The notes under the pieces: model-generated
Database searches by the model: none
Seen by the model: only the letters and a program-made list of their open reading frames with translations
Told to the model about the DNA's origin: nothing
Translations under genes and position numbers: made by a program
Shown: positions 1 through 9,211 of the stretch, piece after piece
Layout: the number at the start of each line of letters is the position of its first letter
Position numbering within the stretch: position 1 is the stretch's first letter
Origin: Thermoplasmatota archaeon
Lineage (GTDB): Archaea; Thermoplasmatota; E2; DHVEG-1
Direction: 5' to 3'
NCBI GenBank assembly: GCA_030605515.1
Contig: JAUWIE010000063.1
Span: 1 to 35,504, forward strand
DNA: 35,504 nucleotides

Positions 1-1
1 A

Positions 2-841
2 TTCGCAGGACCAGCTGGCACTGGGAAAACAACTTCAGCTCTTGCGCTAGCAAGAGAAGTATTTGGAGATACATGGAAACAAAATTTTAATGAGTTAAAT
101 GCAAGCGATGAACGAGGAATTGGAATTATACGAGGAAAGATTAAAGATTTTGCACGGACTTCGCCAATAGGAAAAGCACAATTTAAAATAATTTTTTTAG
201 ATGAAGCTGATGCATTAACTACGGATGCTCAAGCAGCTCTAAGAAGAACAATAGAAAAATATACCCATATCTGTAGGTTCATCTTATCTGTAAACTACTC
301 CTCAAAAATAATTGAGCCTATTCAATCCCGTTGTACTGTTTTTAGATTCAGACCAATAAAAGAAGACGATGTAAAAAAGCATATTGAAAAGATCGCTAAA
401 AATGAAAAACTTGAGATTACATCAGATGGTATGAAGACATTAATATTTATTTCACGTGGGGATTTACGAAAGGCAATAAATATTTTACAAGTAGGTGCAT
501 CGGTTAGTAAAAAAATTACAGCTGAGGTTTTATATGAGACAAGTGCTACTGCAAAACCAGAGGATGTAAAAGCTTTAGTAAACACAGCTTTAAGTGGTAA
601 TTATATGGCTGCTCGAAATCAACTATATGATCTTTTAATAAAACATGGGCTGAGTGGAGAGGACATTATTAAACAAATACATCAGACAATTTTTGATCTT
701 ACAATTCCTGATGCAAGTAAGGTTTTGCTCATTGAAAAAACAGGTGAGATAGAGTTTAGGCTTGTTGAGGGTAGCAATGAACATATTCAGCTTGAATCAT
801 TACTTGCACAATTTGCTCTTGAAGGTGGCAAACTGAAGTAA
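2..841 (+). CDS. rfcS: Replication factor C small subunit (5'-truncated by window edge)
   Basis: Frame is open from base 2: FAGPAGTGKTT (Walker A), ELNASDERG, IIFLDEAD (Walker B), IQSRC motif, C-terminal EHIQLESLLA. The ORF track reports only the 431-841 part. Confidence 0.95.
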   Translation, partial: FAGPAGTGKTTSALALAREVFGDTWKQNFNELNASDERGIGIIRGKIKDFARTSPIGKAQFKIIFLDEADALTTDAQAALRRTIEKYTHICRFILSVNYSSKIIEPIQSRCTVFRFRPIKEDDVKKHIEKIAKNEKLEITSDGMKTLIFISRGDLRKAINILQVGASVSKKITAEVLYETSATAKPEDVKALVNTALSGNYMAARNQLYDLLIKHGLSGEDIIKQIHQTIFDLTIPDASKVLLIEKTGEIEFRLVEGSNEHIQLESLLAQFALEGGKLK

Positions 842-2161
842 TTACTTTATAAAATCATCAACTATCTGCTTTAATTCTTCAGCAGTTTCTTCTGCTACAC
901 TATACCTTATTCGAACAACTGGTTTATCAGGTTTTAATACACGGCTAATATCAATTGGTGTACCACTTACAACTACATCACAATCAGTGTTGTTTATTGT
1001 TTGCTCTAATTCTTTTATTTGTTTTTTCCCATATCCCATCGCTGGTAGAATATTTGTCAGATGAGTAAATTTCTTAAAGGTATCAACAATTGAGCCAACT
1101 GCGTAAGTTCGAGGATCAACAATTTCCTTTGCGTTATGTCTTTTAGCAGCAACAGTACCTGCACCATATTTCATCCCACCATGAGTAACAGTTGGACCAT
1201 CTTCAATTACAAGAACTCGTTTACCAGTTATCATTTCCTCATTTTCAGCAATAATTGCGGATTTCCCCTCAATTACTCTTGCGTTTGGATTTAGTTCTTT
1301 TATGTTTTTATAAATTATGTCAATATCCGATCTTTCAGCTGTGTTAACCTTATTTATAATAATTACATCAGCGGATCTGAAATTAACCTCGCCTGGGTAA
1401 TATAGTACTTCATGACCTGCACGATGTGGATCAGCAATAGTTATTAAAAGATCAGGTTTAATAAAAGAGAAATCGTTATTTCCACCATCCCAAATAATAA
1501 CATCAGCATCTTTTTCTGCACTACGTAAAATTTTTTCATAGTCAACACCTGAAAAAATCACACCGCCCATGTCAATATAAGGTTCGTATTCCTCACGTTC
1601 CTCAATAGTACAATTATACCTGTCAAGATCATCATATGAGGCAAATCGTTGAAGAGTCTGCATCACTAGATCTTTATCATAAGGCATTGGATGTCTTATA
1701 GAGGCAACTCTAAATCCTTTTTTACGTAAGATTTCAAATAGTTTACGTGAAACCTGTGATTTTCCACAACCGGTCCTTACTGCACAAACAGCAATAACTG
1801 GTTTTGTTGATTTCAACATAGTACTATCAGGTCCCATTAATACAAAATCAGCACCAGCAGCATTTACTATTGCTGAGCGACCCATAACATAAGAATAAGG
1901 TAGATCACTATATGCAAAAACAACCATGTCAATGTTATGTTTCTTAATGAGATCAGATATATCTTCTTCAGAATATATTGGAATTCCATCGGGATAAAGA
2001 GGTCCTGATAACTCAGGGGGATATTTCCTACCATAAATATCTGGTATTTGTGTTGCTGTAAACGCAACAACTTCATATTTATCGTTATCTCTAAAATAAA
2101 CATTGAAATTATGGAAGTCTCTGCCAGCTGCTCCAATTATTATAACTTTTTTATCTGCCAA
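842..2161 (-). CDS. COG2403 P-loop protein (cyclic 2,3-diphosphoglycerate synthetase-like); probable arginine synthetase ArcE type
   Basis: N-terminal IIIGAAGRDFHNFN..VVAFTATQIP, P-loop AVRTGCGKS, TIEEREEYE, WDGGNND and EDGPTVTHGGM motifs of this family; TTG start. Confidence 0.75.
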   Translation of the reverse strand: MADKKVIIIGAAGRDFHNFNVYFRDNDKYEVVAFTATQIPDIYGRKYPPELSGPLYPDGIPIYSEEDISDLIKKHNIDMVVFAYSDLPYSYVMGRSAIVNAAGADFVLMGPDSTMLKSTKPVIAVCAVRTGCGKSQVSRKLFEILRKKGFRVASIRHPMPYDKDLVMQTLQRFASYDDLDRYNCTIEEREEYEPYIDMGGVIFSGVDYEKILRSAEKDADVIIWDGGNNDFSFIKPDLLITIADPHRAGHEVLYYPGEVNFRSADVIIINKVNTAERSDIDIIYKNIKELNPNARVIEGKSAIIAENEEMITGKRVLVIEDGPTVTHGGMKYGAGTVAAKRHNAKEIVDPRTYAVGSIVDTFKKFTHLTNILPAMGYGKKQIKELEQTINNTDCDVVVSGTPIDISRVLKPDKPVVRIRYSVAEETAEELKQIVDDFIK

Positions 2162-2228
2162 GGTTACACCCCATATTTGTCAACGGGTATCTGCTCTGAA
2201 TTAATAGATGTTTCCTACTAAAAAATAT

Positions 2229-3353
2229 TTATAATTGATCAAATTTTTTTGCAACCTCTTCTGCTACTTCAAGTGTTGTATTACTTCCGCCTAGATCATA
2301 TGTTTTAATTTTCCCTTCTTTTATTACACTTGCTATTGCTTGATTAAGTTTTGTTGCATGTTTTTTCTCCTCAAGCCAATCCAACATAAGTTTAACTGAT
2401 AGAAGAATAGCTGTTGGATTAACCTTATACTGCCCAGCATATTTAGGAGCGCTACCATGAGTCGGCTCAAACAATGCATAGTTATCCCCGATATTTCCAC
2501 TTGCAGCAAATCCAAGACCACCGACTATTTGAGCTGAAAGATCTGAGATGATATCACCAAACATATTAGATGCAACAAGAACATCATAATCCTGCGGGTT
2601 TTTCACAAGCCACATACACATAGCATCTACATTAGTCTCCCAGAATTCAATATTTGGATATTCCTTAGCTATCTTTCGAGCCTCCTGAACCATCATTCCA
2701 CTAGTCTCACGGATTACATTTGGTTTCTCAACAAGTGTGACACTCTTTCGGTTGTATTCCTTAGCATAAGTAAACGCCTGACGTATAATGTTTTGACATG
2801 CTTTCTTTGTAAATATACGACATGAAATTGCCATATCATCCAAAGATGTGTCTTTAAATTTCTTCATTTTATTATGAGTCATCAACGCATTAAATACTAC
2901 ATTTGATGGCGGTCTGAATTCAACACCAGCATACAAACCCTCAGTGTTCTCCCGGAAAACAACAAGATCTATATCATCACGATAGTTTAACGGATTACCA
3001 GCAAAAGCCTTACAGGGTCGTAGATTAGTATGAAGATTAAGCTCCTGTCTTAATCGAACAATTGGACTTGAATACACAAAACCTTTATTTTTTATTTCAG
3101 GTGATAACTCTTTTTGCGCTTCATCTTTAGGTTTTGATGTTATCGCTCCAAATAAACAACAATCTGTTTCTCTAAGTAGGTCAAGAGTTCGATCCGGTAA
3201 AGGATTACCTTCTTTTTTCCAAAACTCCCAACCAACATCACCAGGAATATACTCAGCATCAATGTTAATTGTATCAAGAACAATTTTTGCAGCTTCCATA
3301 ACATCGTTGCCTACACCATCACCGGGTAGCCATGCAATATGATATTTTGACAT
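2229..3353 (-). CDS. Isocitrate/isopropylmalate (beta-decarboxylating) dehydrogenase family protein
   Basis: LPGDGVG, NLRP, FRENTEGLY, NMFGDIISD and FEPTHGSAPKYAG motifs. Confidence 0.9.
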   Translation of the reverse strand: MSKYHIAWLPGDGVGNDVMEAAKIVLDTINIDAEYIPGDVGWEFWKKEGNPLPDRTLDLLRETDCCLFGAITSKPKDEAQKELSPEIKNKGFVYSSPIVRLRQELNLHTNLRPCKAFAGNPLNYRDDIDLVVFRENTEGLYAGVEFRPPSNVVFNALMTHNKMKKFKDTSLDDMAISCRIFTKKACQNIIRQAFTYAKEYNRKSVTLVEKPNVIRETSGMMVQEARKIAKEYPNIEFWETNVDAMCMWLVKNPQDYDVLVASNMFGDIISDLSAQIVGGLGFAASGNIGDNYALFEPTHGSAPKYAGQYKVNPTAILLSVKLMLDWLEEKKHATKLNQAIASVIKEGKIKTYDLGGSNTTLEVAEEVAKKFDQL

Positions 3354-3456
3354 AATGGGAGGTAATCCGAAAAGTATTTTAAAGCTTTTTTACAAAAAAA
3401 GTAGAATGAAAAAGTTAAATTTATTTCTCATTTGGTAAATTATCTTATCATTTATT

Positions 3457-3588
3457 CTATTTATCAAGTGTAATTGATACTAAACAATCTTTACAAATCT
3501 CCTCATCAATTTCACATTTTTGAATTATTTTATTACCGCATATTGAACAAAAAAACTTATCTTCTTCTTTAAACAAGTCATCTTTCAT
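3457..3588 (-). CDS. Small zinc-finger micro-protein, 43 aa (below ORF-track cutoff)
   Basis: Manual translation MKDDLFKEEDKFFCSICGNKIIQKCEIDEEICKDCLVSITLDK*: CxxCG...CxxC pairs; TATA-like TTTATAAA at 3633-3640 upstream. Confidence 0.65.
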   Translation of the reverse strand: MKDDLFKEEDKFFCSICGNKIIQKCEIDEEICKDCLVSITLDK

Positions 3589-3676
3589 TGTATCTTATCA
3601 GTAAGTATAGAGTATATTACATCATATATTGCTTTATAAAACCTTTTTTTTAAAAAAGAAAAAAGGATGTGAATAA

Positions 3677-4156
3677 TCATTCGAATTTTGTGTATTCACA
3701 CCAAATATAAAATGTTGGTCCAATAATTCCCATTAATCTCCAGTAAAAAGCTGTTTCATTATGCATTGCCAGAGCTACAAATAATATTTCATTATCCAGA
3801 TTTGTACTGTTTATCTTCCCGATTATAAATGGACCTAACATTAATCCACTTATAAATCCAGTGGCATTTGTTTGGTTATTATCTGCGAATTCTCCTTCAA
3901 AACGTCCAATAGTCATACTTGAATAATATCCATTAACCCAACCAGCTGCTTCTAGTGGAATTCCAAGGATATTAATTCCCCATACACCACTAAAATTACC
4001 GTTTGCCCAATCGGGTATATCACTTTCAGAAGACGATCTATAAAGTGATGAGCTCTCAGGTTTTTGGTTTACTATTCTCTGAGGAAATGCATGTATTGTT
4101 ACTGACATACTGACCAATAACATACAGACTCCAATTACTATTACGAATTTTTTCAT
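3677..4156 (-). CDS. Secreted hypothetical protein
   Basis: MKK plus hydrophobic signal-peptide-like N-terminus; Gly/aromatic-rich beta-type body; GGGG SD-like motif upstream. Confidence 0.7.
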   Translation of the reverse strand: MKKFVIVIGVCMLLVSMSVTIHAFPQRIVNQKPESSSLYRSSSESDIPDWANGNFSGVWGINILGIPLEAAGWVNGYYSSMTIGRFEGEFADNNQTNATGFISGLMLGPFIIGKINSTNLDNEILFVALAMHNETAFYWRLMGIIGPTFYIWCEYTKFE

Positions 4157-4254
4157 AATTTTTACCCCAATTATTGATAAATTATATATAATTAATACTT
4201 AATAAATTTATGCATTATTTATCAATAAATTCAGCTAATTTATAGAATATTATT

Positions 4255-5133
4255 TTATTTTCTAAGTTCACCAAGAGATGTAACACGCTCAGCAAAAGCA
4301 TTATGTTTATGAATTGACTCTTCACTTTCACTTCTAACAACAACGATAACATCATCAGGTAACTTACTATATTTTTTCAAAATAGCACTTAAGATATCTC
4401 TAACAACATCCTCTACAAACTTAGTATTTTTATGAGCATTAAGTACTAATTGAGCTTCTTCTTTTCTTTTTAGAATGCTAAATGTTGGACTACTAAATGA
4501 TCGTTCAACAATCTCAATTAAATCATTAGCATCAACTGATCTATCATCACCAGGTACTTCTATTATTAATGTTGTAATATTTCTCTGATTATGTGTTGGT
4601 GGAATTATTTTTTCAGTATAATTACCAATTTTTCTTACTGTTTCCATTGCACAAGGACATGCAGTCATTCCAATTGCCTTAACTCCAATAAGCTTTGTGA
4701 TTTCTCCATTATCTTTTGCTCGTGCTTCAGCTACAAGTTTATATGGTTCTAATCCTTTTTTACCAGAAGGGTAAGAACGATCTAGAAAATAATCAGCTTC
4801 TGCTTTAACTTCAGAAAATGTTGCATAATCATGTTTTCTAAGGAGTTCTTTTGCTGTTTTAGCACAAAAAGTTTCAAGATCCGGAAATGGCTTTTTTAGG
4901 TTGATGTCAATGATTTCAGATACTAATTCTAAATTTCTTGACATATGACTTCCTTTCTGAGCTGCAGGTAAATCAACAAAAAGATCCATTGTAACAACTA
5001 GTGGAATAGCAGTTTTCCTACTTGGTCTTTTAATATGTACAAGTTTTTTAACACCAGTAACACCTACTCGTGTTAATTTGAAATTTGATAGTGAAGGACC
5101 TGATTGGATATCAGGTAAATCTAAGGGTTTAAT
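4255..5133 (-). CDS. mptA: GTP cyclohydrolase MptA (FolE2 family)
   Basis: KGSHMSR, GMTACPCA, THNQR, KFVEDVVR and ESIHKHNA motifs. The frame continues 48 codons upstream of the track's ATG (LPDIQ...LTRVGVTGVKK) to an ATT 6 nt after a GGTGA SD. Confidence 0.9.
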   Translation of the reverse strand: MKPLDLPDIQSGPSLSNFKLTRVGVTGVKKLVHIKRPSRKTAIPLVVTMDLFVDLPAAQKGSHMSRNLELVSEIIDINLKKPFPDLETFCAKTAKELLRKHDYATFSEVKAEADYFLDRSYPSGKKGLEPYKLVAEARAKDNGEITKLIGVKAIGMTACPCAMETVRKIGNYTEKIIPPTHNQRNITTLIIEVPGDDRSVDANDLIEIVERSFSSPTFSILKRKEEAQLVLNAHKNTKFVEDVVRDILSAILKKYSKLPDDVIVVVRSESEESIHKHNAFAERVTSLGELRK

Positions 5134-5242
5134 AAGACGTCACCAAACCCAAAAATAAGTAACTACTAAAAAATGTTCCTGTTCAACTCAGTTTTGCAAA
5201 AAGATATAATAAACCTCTTTATATTCGGTGAATTGAAAAAAT

Positions 5243-5314
5243 GCCGCTGTGGCTTAGAGGCATAGCGATTCCTTGGTAAGGAATAGGTCGGGGGTTCAAT
5301 TCCCCCCAGCGGCT
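5243..5314 (+). tRNA. tRNA-Thr(GGT)
   Basis: Acceptor GCCGCTG/CAGCGGC, anticodon arm ATTCC-TTGGTAA-GGAAT, T arm GGGGG-TTCAATT-CCCCC; no intron; CCA not encoded; followed by a T run. Confidence 0.95.
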
Positions 5315-5519
5315 TTTAAATACATGTTATAGCTCCATGTGTGATCCTGATGCCTGATTTGGTAATACTTCCATAAAAAAAGATCCTTCTGAAGAAAGTA
5401 TCTGCAGGTAATTTTCAATAATATTTTACCGTTTCAAATATCTCTTCTTATGAAGTCAGGTGTAACACCAAAGAAAAAACTTGTAAAAAATGTTAAATTT
5501 TTTTATCTACAACTATATG

Positions 5520-5783
5520 TTAACGAAAATACTGTAAATATTTTAGAAGATTGCTATTCTCAACATATATATCTGTAAGCTCTGCAGCAGTGTTTTTATT
5601 AATTCCTTGATTGATAAGCTCTTTTTTAAAGATACGACCCCCTTTATTGGCTTTTCTTTTAAAGCCTAATAAAACTTTTCCAAACCTCAGCATCAATGAT
5701 GGAAAAGATGGAAAGATAATGCCAAATAATCTGATAGGGTTGACATTATCACTATTTTCTTCTGCACCTTTGTTCATTTTCAT
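5520..5783 (-). CDS. Small hypothetical protein
   Basis: Last gene of a three-gene minus-strand cluster; shares a helical FKKELINQGI...AAELTDIY motif with its upstream neighbour. Confidence 0.65.
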   Translation of the reverse strand: MKMNKGAEENSDNVNPIRLFGIIFPSFPSLMLRFGKVLLGFKRKANKGGRIFKKELINQGINKNTAAELTDIYVENSNLLKYLQYFR

Positions 5784-5805
5784 TTCTCACAAATAATTTT
5801 ATTGT

Positions 5806-6081
5806 TCAGTGATTTCCGTGATATCCAAATTTACCCATCATTTTACCAAGGTTTAAAGTTGATAGATACTGACTTGTAAGCTCAAATGCTTGTTCATCAG
5901 TCATACCAGCGTTTTTTAGTTCTTTATAAAATGTTGCTGCTGCTTCAGCATATTGTTTTGCACTTTTCGGACTGTACAATAGTTCACTTAGCTCTTTTAA
6001 TAGCCCTGGGACTTTTTCAGATATAACATCTAGTATCTCCCTGATTTTCTCAGGATCAGGCATTCTTTCATGGTTATTCAT
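5806..6081 (-). CDS. Small helical hypothetical protein
   Basis: GGAGG SD upstream; FYKELKNAGMTDEQAFELTSQY motif. Confidence 0.75.
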   Translation of the reverse strand: MNNHERMPDPEKIREILDVISEKVPGLLKELSELLYSPKSAKQYAEAAATFYKELKNAGMTDEQAFELTSQYLSTLNLGKMMGKFGYHGNH

Positions 6082-6131
6082 TTTTCATATTCCTCCAAAT
6101 TTAATTCTTAACTTATGTATATGTGATCATT

Positions 6132-6563
6132 TCATATATCAAAACCGAGCATTTGTGACCACTTTTTAATCACATTATCAGTTAGACTATAAACATATCG
6201 TGATCCTTTTTGATGTTTTTGAATAATATCTTTTTCAATAAGCTCATTTATTTTCTCTCTAATAATTCTTCTAGAAGCAGTTCCACGTTTATTTCTCACT
6301 AGTTCAGTTATCTGTGAAACATTCTGCTTATTTCTATCAAGTAATACACGTACGATCTCTCTTGAAATAGGATCTTTAACCTCTGGAAGTATAAGATCAG
6401 GTGTAAGACCACCATGATCAAGTAATAGGCCAGTTATTCTAAGGTACTTCTGCGTTGTTTTACTCACATTATTCAATGGTTTAATTAAAACCGATAGCAT
6501 TTTTTCAAGTTCATTGATCCGCTTGTTCAACTCTTTAATCTCATCTGTTAAATCTTTTTTCAC
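6132..6563 (-). CDS. Winged helix-turn-helix transcriptional regulator with N-terminal coiled coil (ArsR/MarR-like)
   Basis: Heptad N-terminus, then NVSQITELVR...SRRIIREKINELIEKDII...GSRYVYSLT, a wHTH plus wing pattern. Confidence 0.75.
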   Translation of the reverse strand: MKKDLTDEIKELNKRINELEKMLSVLIKPLNNVSKTTQKYLRITGLLLDHGGLTPDLILPEVKDPISREIVRVLLDRNKQNVSQITELVRNKRGTASRRIIREKINELIEKDIIQKHQKGSRYVYSLTDNVIKKWSQMLGFDI

Positions 6564-6623
6564 ACAACTTTAGAATAAAATATTAGATAAAAGGATTTTT
6601 GATGAAAAAACAATATAAATTTT

Positions 6624-7760
6624 TTAGTCTTTTTTATATCTCTGATTTACATAAGATATTAGCTTACTTCCTTTAAGTTTGATACTTGAAGGTCCAGCTC
6701 TAACATAAAACTCTTCGACATCCTCATTTTTAAAAAATACTTCTTTTTTACATTTAACACAATCAATTTTTAAAATATTTACATTGTTTATTAGAATCAA
6801 CTTTGATTTAATATATGGTAAATATTCATTGCCAATATTGTTTTTAATTAAATTAGTGAAATGTCGATAAAACATATCTCTATTTTGAAATCCATCTTTT
6901 TCAATTCCTAAAATACCACCTTTATCTGAAACACCAACAAGAAGTGTTCCACCATCGGAATTGAGAAATGCAACAATTGTTTTTATTACTGCATGCTCTA
7001 CTTTTTTATCAGGTTGTTTCGTATGTAGATTAATCCTCAAGGTTGATTTAAATTCTAAGGTTTCACTTTCTCCATTTTTTATCAAATCAAGAATATGCTC
7101 TGGAGTGTTTTCATATCCCGTAAAAAGCTTCGGGTTTTTCCTTTTGAATGCTGCGATTAATCGATTGGGTAAATCTCTTTTTTCATGTTTAATGAATAGA
7201 TAACCTGCGGTAGATGCAATAAACGCTCCTATTATTGTAAAAAATAAACCCCAGCTGGTTGAGTTGATATTGAAATTACCTATTCTTAAATCAAAAAGAA
7301 TTGTTAGGAAGTATCTGAAAACCTCCCAAACAGCGCCTAGGGATACTGAAAAACAAAAAGAAAACAATGCGACTAGAGAATAACTTGTTCTTACTTTACT
7401 ATCTGAGTAAAGTATAAACATTAGAACAAAACCAATAAAACCAAGAAACATTCCTAGGAAGAATTGTAATATTAAACCTCCTAATAATTTTTCAAGGAAA
7501 ACTGAAAACAATAAGCCTATAAGAAATATTATTTTGAATTTAGCGGGAAATGAAATGGATAGAATTTTTTTTATTAGCTCTGGGAGAAATGTAACGAGTA
7601 ATACTAGAAAATTGATTAGGAAAATACCCCATCGCTCATAATAAATTTCGATACTTACAGATATTATTAAGAATATCCTTATTGCCCAGGATAAAGCAAG
7701 CTGATTCCGCTCTAAAGGGTTCTCAAATTTTTTGTTTTTTTTCATCGGGTTCCTCACCAA
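6624..7760 (-). CDS. Multi-pass membrane protein fused to a C-terminal Schlafen/AlbA_2 domain
   Basis: About 6 hydrophobic segments in aa 20-190, then GESETLEFKSTLR, KTIVAFLNSDGGTLLVGVSDKG and FYVRAGPSS, typical of AlbA_2. Confidence 0.85.
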   Translation of the reverse strand: MVRNPMKKNKKFENPLERNQLALSWAIRIFLIISVSIEIYYERWGIFLINFLVLLVTFLPELIKKILSISFPAKFKIIFLIGLLFSVFLEKLLGGLILQFFLGMFLGFIGFVLMFILYSDSKVRTSYSLVALFSFCFSVSLGAVWEVFRYFLTILFDLRIGNFNINSTSWGLFFTIIGAFIASTAGYLFIKHEKRDLPNRLIAAFKRKNPKLFTGYENTPEHILDLIKNGESETLEFKSTLRINLHTKQPDKKVEHAVIKTIVAFLNSDGGTLLVGVSDKGGILGIEKDGFQNRDMFYRHFTNLIKNNIGNEYLPYIKSKLILINNVNILKIDCVKCKKEVFFKNEDVEEFYVRAGPSSIKLKGSKLISYVNQRYKKD

Positions 7761-7934
7761 ATATTAGCTGTAAATTTCATCTTTGTGATATATAATGTAA
7801 TCATTCAGCTTTTTAAACAATTACTTATTTGAACATATTATTAATTGATTTTTTTTACTATTCCAAACATTATTTATATCCTTGTTTTATTTTGACTTAT
7901 AAAAAAAATCACAATTCGAGGGAGGAATTACTAT

Positions 7935-9209
7935 ATGTCTGAAGATATTAGAAAAAAACTAGCAATAGAACATAAAAGATTAGATGAGATAAATGCTTTT
8001 TTATTGAATTCAGATAATAAACTAATAAATAATCTTTTATCATTGGTTGAAAAATATGGTGGACCAGAAGAGATAAACAGAAAGGCTAAGGAATCAGCTA
8101 AAATAGAAAATCTAATGGCAAGATTAAAAGATAAAAACTCTCCACATCTGAAAGATATTGAATGGCTGATTGAACAAAGAGATAAAGGAGCCTTCATAAC
8201 TATTGAGGAATACCGGAAAAAAGTCTTAGGTGATAAAGCAAATAATATGACGTTTAATGAGGATTTCGCGGTAACTTTAGAGATAAGTGCTTGTCAATAC
8301 TTCTCATTTTTTATGGAACAAGTCCGCCAAGCATTAGAAAAAAAGGAGCTTGTACCAGGTCGCTTTATCAGAGTACGTTGCATGAAAGAACAAGAAGAAG
8401 ATAATGATCTTCTAGCGATGACAGCTGCTATGCAAATAATTGGAGCAACTTGGTGTGAAACACTTGATACAAAAGGGACAGATGGTTCTAATGTTCATCT
8501 AGGCGGTCCTGAGACAATAACTGGTTATTTTGGTGGTGTAGGTCAACCAAATGATCATCCCATCAAATGGGTTGATGAATTTCTTTATTACTATACAAAT
8601 TATGGTGTAAAACAAGTTCTTAATATGAATCCTGGGACAATTCTCCTAAGTTATCTAATGCATAAACTTGGAATAGATATCGAGTTTAAAATCTCAGTTT
8701 ATATGGGAAATGATAACCCTTATTCAACCTTCTGGACACTCATGGCAGCAAGATTGTTTTCAAGGGCGGATGGCTCAACTTCATTGATAGGATTTAATTT
8801 TTCTAACTCAGTAAATAACACTACTATCGAATTCAGTGGTGAAATTAGAAAATCCCTTGGCTTAGATGATTATGTCCGTTTTGAGCATCATATTCTTGAA
8901 ACATGGAAAAGTATAGTTATACAACCTTATGATAGAAGAGAAGAGCTTATTAAAATCTCCTCAAAAGTTAAAAATATCAGTGCTAAACATGAAGGTGGAG
9001 AAATTGAAATAGAGAAGAAACGAGAGCATCCATCAGACATCCTTGAGTATTTTCTTCCAAAAGATGATATAAACAAAGCAGATCTTATGCCTGCTCTTAC
9101 AAGAAACTATTTAGATAAACATGATGCTATTAACAACACTGCCCGTGCTTTAACTGAGAATGGTTTATCGTTTATAGCTGCGCCTAACTTACATCATAGG
9201 AGGGGATAA
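7935..9209 (+). CDS. Uncharacterised 424-aa soluble protein, probable enzyme
   Basis: Long ORF, strong GGAGGA SD, TATA-like TTTATAT near 7873; motif-like segments ETLDTKGTDGSNVHLGG, RFEHHILE and AKHEGG; no family I can name. Confidence 0.85.
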   Translation: MSEDIRKKLAIEHKRLDEINAFLLNSDNKLINNLLSLVEKYGGPEEINRKAKESAKIENLMARLKDKNSPHLKDIEWLIEQRDKGAFITIEEYRKKVLGDKANNMTFNEDFAVTLEISACQYFSFFMEQVRQALEKKELVPGRFIRVRCMKEQEEDNDLLAMTAAMQIIGATWCETLDTKGTDGSNVHLGGPETITGYFGGVGQPNDHPIKWVDEFLYYYTNYGVKQVLNMNPGTILLSYLMHKLGIDIEFKISVYMGNDNPYSTFWTLMAARLFSRADGSTSLIGFNFSNSVNNTTIEFSGEIRKSLGLDDYVRFEHHILETWKSIVIQPYDRREELIKISSKVKNISAKHEGGEIEIEKKREHPSDILEYFLPKDDINKADLMPALTRNYLDKHDAINNTARALTENGLSFIAAPNLHHRRG

Positions 9210-9211
9210 TT

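Noticed and set aside
836..847. rfcS and the COG2403 gene abut tail-to-tail with no spacer
   Set aside because: Common in compact archaeal genomes; no further signal.
5243..7800. Genomic island integrated at tRNA-Thr
   Set aside because: No duplicated tRNA 3' end and no integrase seen in the window.
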